Under the pieces are notes generated by a model. It saw nothing but the letters and a program-made list of their open reading frames with translations, searched no databases and was not told where the DNA came from. The position numbers and the translations under genes are program-made. A DNA stretch of 54,364 nt from an uncultured cyanobacterium (GTDB lineage: Bacteria > Cyanobacteriota > Cyanobacteriia > CAKZMO01), in assembly GCA_937128595.1 (NCBI GenBank), contig CAKZMO010000005.1, positions 1 through 54,364 on the forward strand, in the 5' to 3' direction. Positions 50,477 through 54,364 of this stretch are shown in pieces; within the stretch, counting starts at the first letter, position 1, and each line of letters begins with the position of its first letter.

Positions 50477-50767
50477 ATGGCAAAGAAAAAGAGCGATCGC
50501 CCGTTGACGGGTGATGCCCTCGTGAAAGAAGTTTGTCGACGTATTCGAGTCGCGCGTTCCTATTGGGATGCCCACAACAACCGCGCTTGTCGGGGTGAAC
50601 GAGAAAAGGCATTAGCGCTCTACAACACTCTGACCCCAGAGCAAAAAGACAAGATTCCACAGCAGCTTCGAGTTTGGCTACGCTACCGGAGCGAAAAGTA
50701 TTTCGGTGAACACCGCACACCACCTCAAGGACGATCTGGGCAAACCCAACGGAGACGAAACAGGTGA
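50477..50767 (+). CDS. Hypothetical basic protein, 96 aa
   Basis: ORF track entry (MAKKKSDRPLTGDALVKEVCRRIRVARSYWDAHNN...). Its stop overlaps the GTG start of the downstream SDR gene as GTGA (50764-50767). Confidence 0.55.
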   Translation: MAKKKSDRPLTGDALVKEVCRRIRVARSYWDAHNNRACRGEREKALALYNTLTPEQKDKIPQQLRVWLRYRSEKYFGEHRTPPQGRSGQTQRRRNR

Positions 50768-51615
50768 AAGCAACTATTTTAGGGTGTGGGTACGTGGGGC
50801 AAGCTGTAGCGATCGCCTGGGAAGCACAAGGTATTAACGTTACGGCAACGACGACCCAACCTGAGCGAATGGCTGATCTAGAAGCGATCGCCACTCATGC
50901 TGTCATCGTGCATGGAAACGATGCTCCCGCGCTCCAATCCCTTTTAGCCGATCAGGACGTGGTGCTGATCAGTGTCGGAGCCCCCCAACGCACGGTCGCA
51001 GCCTACGAAGAAACCTATCTCCACACGGCAAAGACGCTGAAATCGATCCTGCCCCAGACCGCTGTGCAACAGGTCATCTATACCGGAACCTGTGCTGTGT
51101 ATGGCGATCATGATGGGGCTTGGGTCAATGAAAAGACGGCGATCGCCCCTCGGTCACGCACCTCCGAAATTTTGGCAGACACCGAGCAAGTGCTGTTGAG
51201 CATGGCAAAAGCAGAAGGTGCAGACGCAACCCGTTCAGCAACCCGTGTTTGTGTCTTGCGAATGGGGGGCATTTATGGGCCAGGGCGAGAACTAGCTCGG
51301 ATTTTTAGTCGAGCCGCAGGCCAAGAACGTCCGGGAGATGGCTCCGAACCCAGCAACTGGATTCACCTAGACGACATTGCAAGAGCGATCTTGTTCGCGT
51401 CTCACTATCGGCTCAACGGCATTTTCAATCTGGTTCAAGATCATCCTCCCAGCCGTCGCGATCTGATTGATTGGGTATGTCGAACTCACCAGTTGACCCC
51501 TGTTCGGTGGAATCCTGACGCTCCCAGTGAGCGCTCCTACAATGCCAAAGTCTCGAATCAAAAAATTCGTCAGGCGGGTTATGTGTTCACTCATCCATCC
51601 TTCAGCCTGGAGTAA
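50764..51615 (+). CDS. NAD(P)-binding Rossmann protein (SDR / NAD-dependent epimerase-dehydratase-like)
   Basis: 283 aa. The N-terminal dinucleotide-binding motif is KATILGCGYVGQAVA. YTGTCAVYG and RMGGIYGPGR occur later. Confidence 0.75.
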   Translation: MKATILGCGYVGQAVAIAWEAQGINVTATTTQPERMADLEAIATHAVIVHGNDAPALQSLLADQDVVLISVGAPQRTVAAYEETYLHTAKTLKSILPQTAVQQVIYTGTCAVYGDHDGAWVNEKTAIAPRSRTSEILADTEQVLLSMAKAEGADATRSATRVCVLRMGGIYGPGRELARIFSRAAGQERPGDGSEPSNWIHLDDIARAILFASHYRLNGIFNLVQDHPPSRRDLIDWVCRTHQLTPVRWNPDAPSERSYNAKVSNQKIRQAGYVFTHPSFSLE

Positions 51616-52522
51616 AAGCATCCTCCGTCTTTTGAAGAAAGCGCCGTAGAGCCGATCGATAAAGGTCTTCCCCGACTCCAGCAACATCTTCGTGGTCAGC
51701 TCCTGGCACAAAGAGCAAATCTTTTGGAGCCTGGGTCGCTTCGTAAAGGGTTTGGCTCATGTCGAAGGGAACAACGGTATCTTCAGTGCCGTGGACATAG
51801 AGCACAGGCATGGTGAGCGATCGCACTTTACTGAGTGAGTCGAATCGCTGAGTCAAGATGCGGTCGATTGGGAAGATGCCGAAACTCTTCGTGCGGTTTG
51901 TCATCTCTAGAATTGACGTGAAGGTTCCCTCTAGAATCAGCCCTCGCATGTCGGGATGGCGAGTAGCAAGTTCAATGGCGATCGCCGATCCGAGAGAGTG
52001 CCCAAACACGACAACGCGGTTAGCCGGTATGTTCTGGGTGTGAGTGAGGTGGTTCCAAGCCGCTTCTGCATCTTCATAGACCTGAGACTCGTTGGGAAAC
52101 TCTCCGTCACTCAATCCATAGCCTCGATAATCAATCATCAGCACTGTAAAGCCGATTTGATTCAGCCAAGCGGCCTTCGAAAGATTGGCACCAACATTTC
52201 CTCCGTTGCCATGCAGATAGAGCATCACTGGAGCATCATCTTGCAGCGAGGGCAACCACCAACCATGAATGCGTTCAGTCTGTGACTCCTCCGACGTTAC
52301 GGGAATCCAGACATCTTCGTAAGGCAATCCATGAACGGCAGGTGTCGTCTCCAGAGTCGGAGATGGAAAGAAGATAAATTGTGCTTGCCGCTGATAGAGA
52401 AACCAGCAGGCTCCTCCATAGACCAAGATTAGGGCAATCAGAATACGGGAGATAACAGAGGCAAATGATAAAGTCAGATTCGACATAGGGCTTAGAGTTG
52501 CGATCGCACCAACAGCTAACAC
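51602..52522 (-). CDS. Alpha/beta hydrolase with an N-terminal membrane anchor
   Basis: 306 aa. It has a TM segment (ILIALILVYGGACWFLY), an HG oxyanion region (MLYLHGNGGN), the nucleophile elbow VFGHSLGSAIA, and later GTEDTVVP and GADHED. Confidence 0.85.
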   Translation of the reverse strand: MLAVGAIATLSPMSNLTLSFASVISRILIALILVYGGACWFLYQRQAQFIFFPSPTLETTPAVHGLPYEDVWIPVTSEESQTERIHGWWLPSLQDDAPVMLYLHGNGGNVGANLSKAAWLNQIGFTVLMIDYRGYGLSDGEFPNESQVYEDAEAAWNHLTHTQNIPANRVVVFGHSLGSAIAIELATRHPDMRGLILEGTFTSILEMTNRTKSFGIFPIDRILTQRFDSLSKVRSLTMPVLYVHGTEDTVVPFDMSQTLYEATQAPKDLLFVPGADHEDVAGVGEDLYRSALRRFLQKTEDAFTPG

Positions 52523-52753
52523 ACAGTAATCAGTAAGGTTCGTCGTAAAAGATTCTCTCTACAAATCTTCAGCGACCCTTGATTGTCTAGCGTCTACCCA
52601 AGGAGCGATCGCGCCATCCCGTAAAGATTAAGATTGTAGACTCGTTTATCTAGACTATTGTGAATGACGAAGAATCACCGTAAAATCTCCCTCAATTTGC
52701 AGATTAATGTGACCTTGTGCTTCTATGTCTGACGTTTATCCCGGATGAAAAGC

Positions 52754-54364
52754 CTATACCTCAGCTTCTGCCTCGACTTTTTGAGTCAGTTTCGGTATTT
52801 GCACAATAAATGTCGTCAAATTATCGCTACTCTCAACAGCAATCGTGCCTCCGAGATAGAGCACCAATTTTTTAACCAAAGCCAGTCCCAACCCTGTTCC
52901 ACCATGTTTCCAGGGATCGCTCGATGGGATGCGGTAAAATCTCTCAAAAATGCGATCGCACTCCTCTTCGGGAATCCCAATGCCTGAATTGCTAACACGA
53001 AATTCGACATGAGTGCCTTCTGTTGCGACGACAACACAAATTTTCTCTCCTGCTGGAGTGTATTTGAATGCATTGTTGAGCAGCTCTGTCAAAATCCGCT
53101 CTAGATAGTGAGCATTTGTCAGAATGTTGGGCGTGTGCTCTGGAATATCGAGACTTAGCTCTATCTGGTGCTCGAGCAGGCGATATTCGAACGGTTCCAC
53201 CAAGTAGGGCAGCCACATTTGAGGAGACAGACTCGCGAGGGCTGAAGGGTCGGATTCTGAATCGATGCCAGATAGGTAGAGCAAATCATTGATTAACTTG
53301 ATCTCCCGATCGCACTCTTCTCTTAAAACTCGCAAATAATGTTCGATATGCTCTGGGCGGCTCGCGCCGTTTTTGTGTTCTGACCCTGCGCCTAGCTGAC
53401 TTTCCAGAATTTGTGACACTGCTTTGATGCTTGACAGTGGCGTTCGCAGCTCATGGGACACCGTGCTGACAAAGTCGTCTTTGAGACGATTGAGACGAGC
53501 CAGTTCGTCCACTTGAGTTTGCGAAGCCTGATAGAGTCTTGCCTGTCGGAGGGCGATCGCACATTGATTGGCAACCTGCTGTACTAGGCGAATGTCTTGT
53601 TCGTGAAAGGCATAGTAGGTATGGTTTGACAGCCAAATATCCCCCAGCACGCCTTGTTCATCAAAGATCGGGCAGGCCAATGTCGAGACAGAACCCCGTT
53701 CTGGATTAGGCATGAGCGAACAAAACTGAATCGGGTCTTTCTGCATCAGGATCGAATAAATTTCGGGAAATCGATCAAGCTGAAGCACTCGATCTTGGTA
53801 GCTTCCAGCCTGGGTTGTATATTCCTGAATGATCAGCGCCGTTCGAGCGTCCCAATTGTAGATTGAGGCATTGCAGGTGCTGACATCGACCGCATGAGCC
53901 AGCTCAAAGACGGCAGTCGCTAAGATCTTCTCTTCGTCTAACGTGTCGCGTACCTGATCGGTGATTCGCTTCAGTGTCGCTTCAAACTCAAAGGCTAACC
54001 GCAGCTCTGCTGTGCGAGCTTTCACTTGGCGCTCCAAATCCATGTTGAGACGCTGCAAATCTTGCTCTGCATGTTGGCGGCGTCGAATCTCGACCTGAAG
54101 CTGATGGTTCTGAACCAGAAGTTGTCGATGCTGCTGCTGAATGGTGAGCTGGTTTTTGACCCTAGCCAGCACTTCCGACTCATGAAACGGCTTAGTGATG
54201 TAGTCCGTTCCACCCACGGCAAAGGCTTTCAACTTGTCAGAAACTAAATCGAGAGCACTAATAAAAACAATTGGGATTTCTTGGGTCTGAGTAGACGCTT
54301 TGAGATGCTGACAAACTTCATAGCCATTCATTTCAGGCATATTGATGTCGAGCAATATCAGGTC
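52754..54364 (-). CDS. Hybrid response-regulator / GAF / histidine kinase; the 5' end lies beyond the window
   Basis: The frame is open to the window edge (DLILLDINMPEMNGYEV...GGTDYITKPF is the C-terminal part of a receiver domain). Then come a coiled coil, a GAF-like region, HisKA (FVSTVSHELRTPLSSI) and HATPase_c (ELLNNAFKYTP, GTGLGLALVKKLV). Confidence 0.9.
   Translation of the reverse strand, partial: DLILLDINMPEMNGYEVCQHLKASTQTQEIPIVFISALDLVSDKLKAFAVGGTDYITKPFHESEVLARVKNQLTIQQQHRQLLVQNHQLQVEIRRRQHAEQDLQRLNMDLERQVKARTAELRLAFEFEATLKRITDQVRDTLDEEKILATAVFELAHAVDVSTCNASIYNWDARTALIIQEYTTQAGSYQDRVLQLDRFPEIYSILMQKDPIQFCSLMPNPERGSVSTLACPIFDEQGVLGDIWLSNHTYYAFHEQDIRLVQQVANQCAIALRQARLYQASQTQVDELARLNRLKDDFVSTVSHELRTPLSSIKAVSQILESQLGAGSEHKNGASRPEHIEHYLRVLREECDREIKLINDLLYLSGIDSESDPSALASLSPQMWLPYLVEPFEYRLLEHQIELSLDIPEHTPNILTNAHYLERILTELLNNAFKYTPAGEKICVVVATEGTHVEFRVSNSGIGIPEEECDRIFERFYRIPSSDPWKHGGTGLGLALVKKLVLYLGGTIAVESSDNLTTFIVQIPKLTQKVEAEAEV

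Overview
This is a cyanobacterial chromosomal segment. The evidence is dozens of HIP1 octamers (GCGATCGC) and a plastid-like ribosomal gene order.

Core (5.7-23.3 kb): one co-directional ribosomal supercluster, rplC-rplD-rplW-rplB-rpsS-rplV-rpsC-rplP-rpmC-rpsQ-rplN-rplX-rplE-rpsH-rplF-rplR-rpsE-rplO-secY-infA-rpmJ-rpsM-rpsK-rpoA-rplQ-truA-rplM-rpsI-rpmE-prfA. rpmJ is too short for the ORF track and was found by eye. There is no adk between secY and infA.

Left flank: a small islet of orphan genes (an RHH protein and two hypotheticals), then hisIE, then solanesyl-diphosphate synthase, then a 1.7-kb ORF-poor tract in front of rplC.

Right of prfA, in order:
- an SbcD/Mre11-like nuclease
- proA
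- a GDE-type amylo-alpha-1,6-glucosidase
- a tandem-fused CobA/CobO-like adenosyltransferase
- SemiSWEET and dprA
- a HEAT-repeat protein
- queF and mltA
- a CPA1 antiporter with RCK domains
- a thioredoxin-like lipoprotein
- a UbiH-family monooxygenase
- a TIR-like/deoxyribosyltransferase-like protein followed by a 1.3-kb ORF-free tract
- plsY
- DUF3086-like and DUF3119-like proteins
- mlaE
- a secreted GH13 amylase
- an SDR and an alpha/beta hydrolase
- a REC-GAF histidine kinase that runs off the right edge

I found no rRNA, tRNA, CRISPR array, transposase or integrase.

I do not see a clear multi-gene novel system. The best leads are:
- the stand-alone TIR-like protein and its adjacent ORF-free, HIP1-free tract, which holds a 121-codon open frame with no start codon
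- the 1.7-kb ORF-poor tract upstream of rplC, which has a terminator-capped candidate small transcript
- a ~107-bp hairpin repeat whose two copies bracket the glucosidase/CobA-fusion pair
- several unannotated small membrane-peptide ORFs
- structured spacers inside the ribosomal cluster

All functional calls come from reading the translations. No database search was run.
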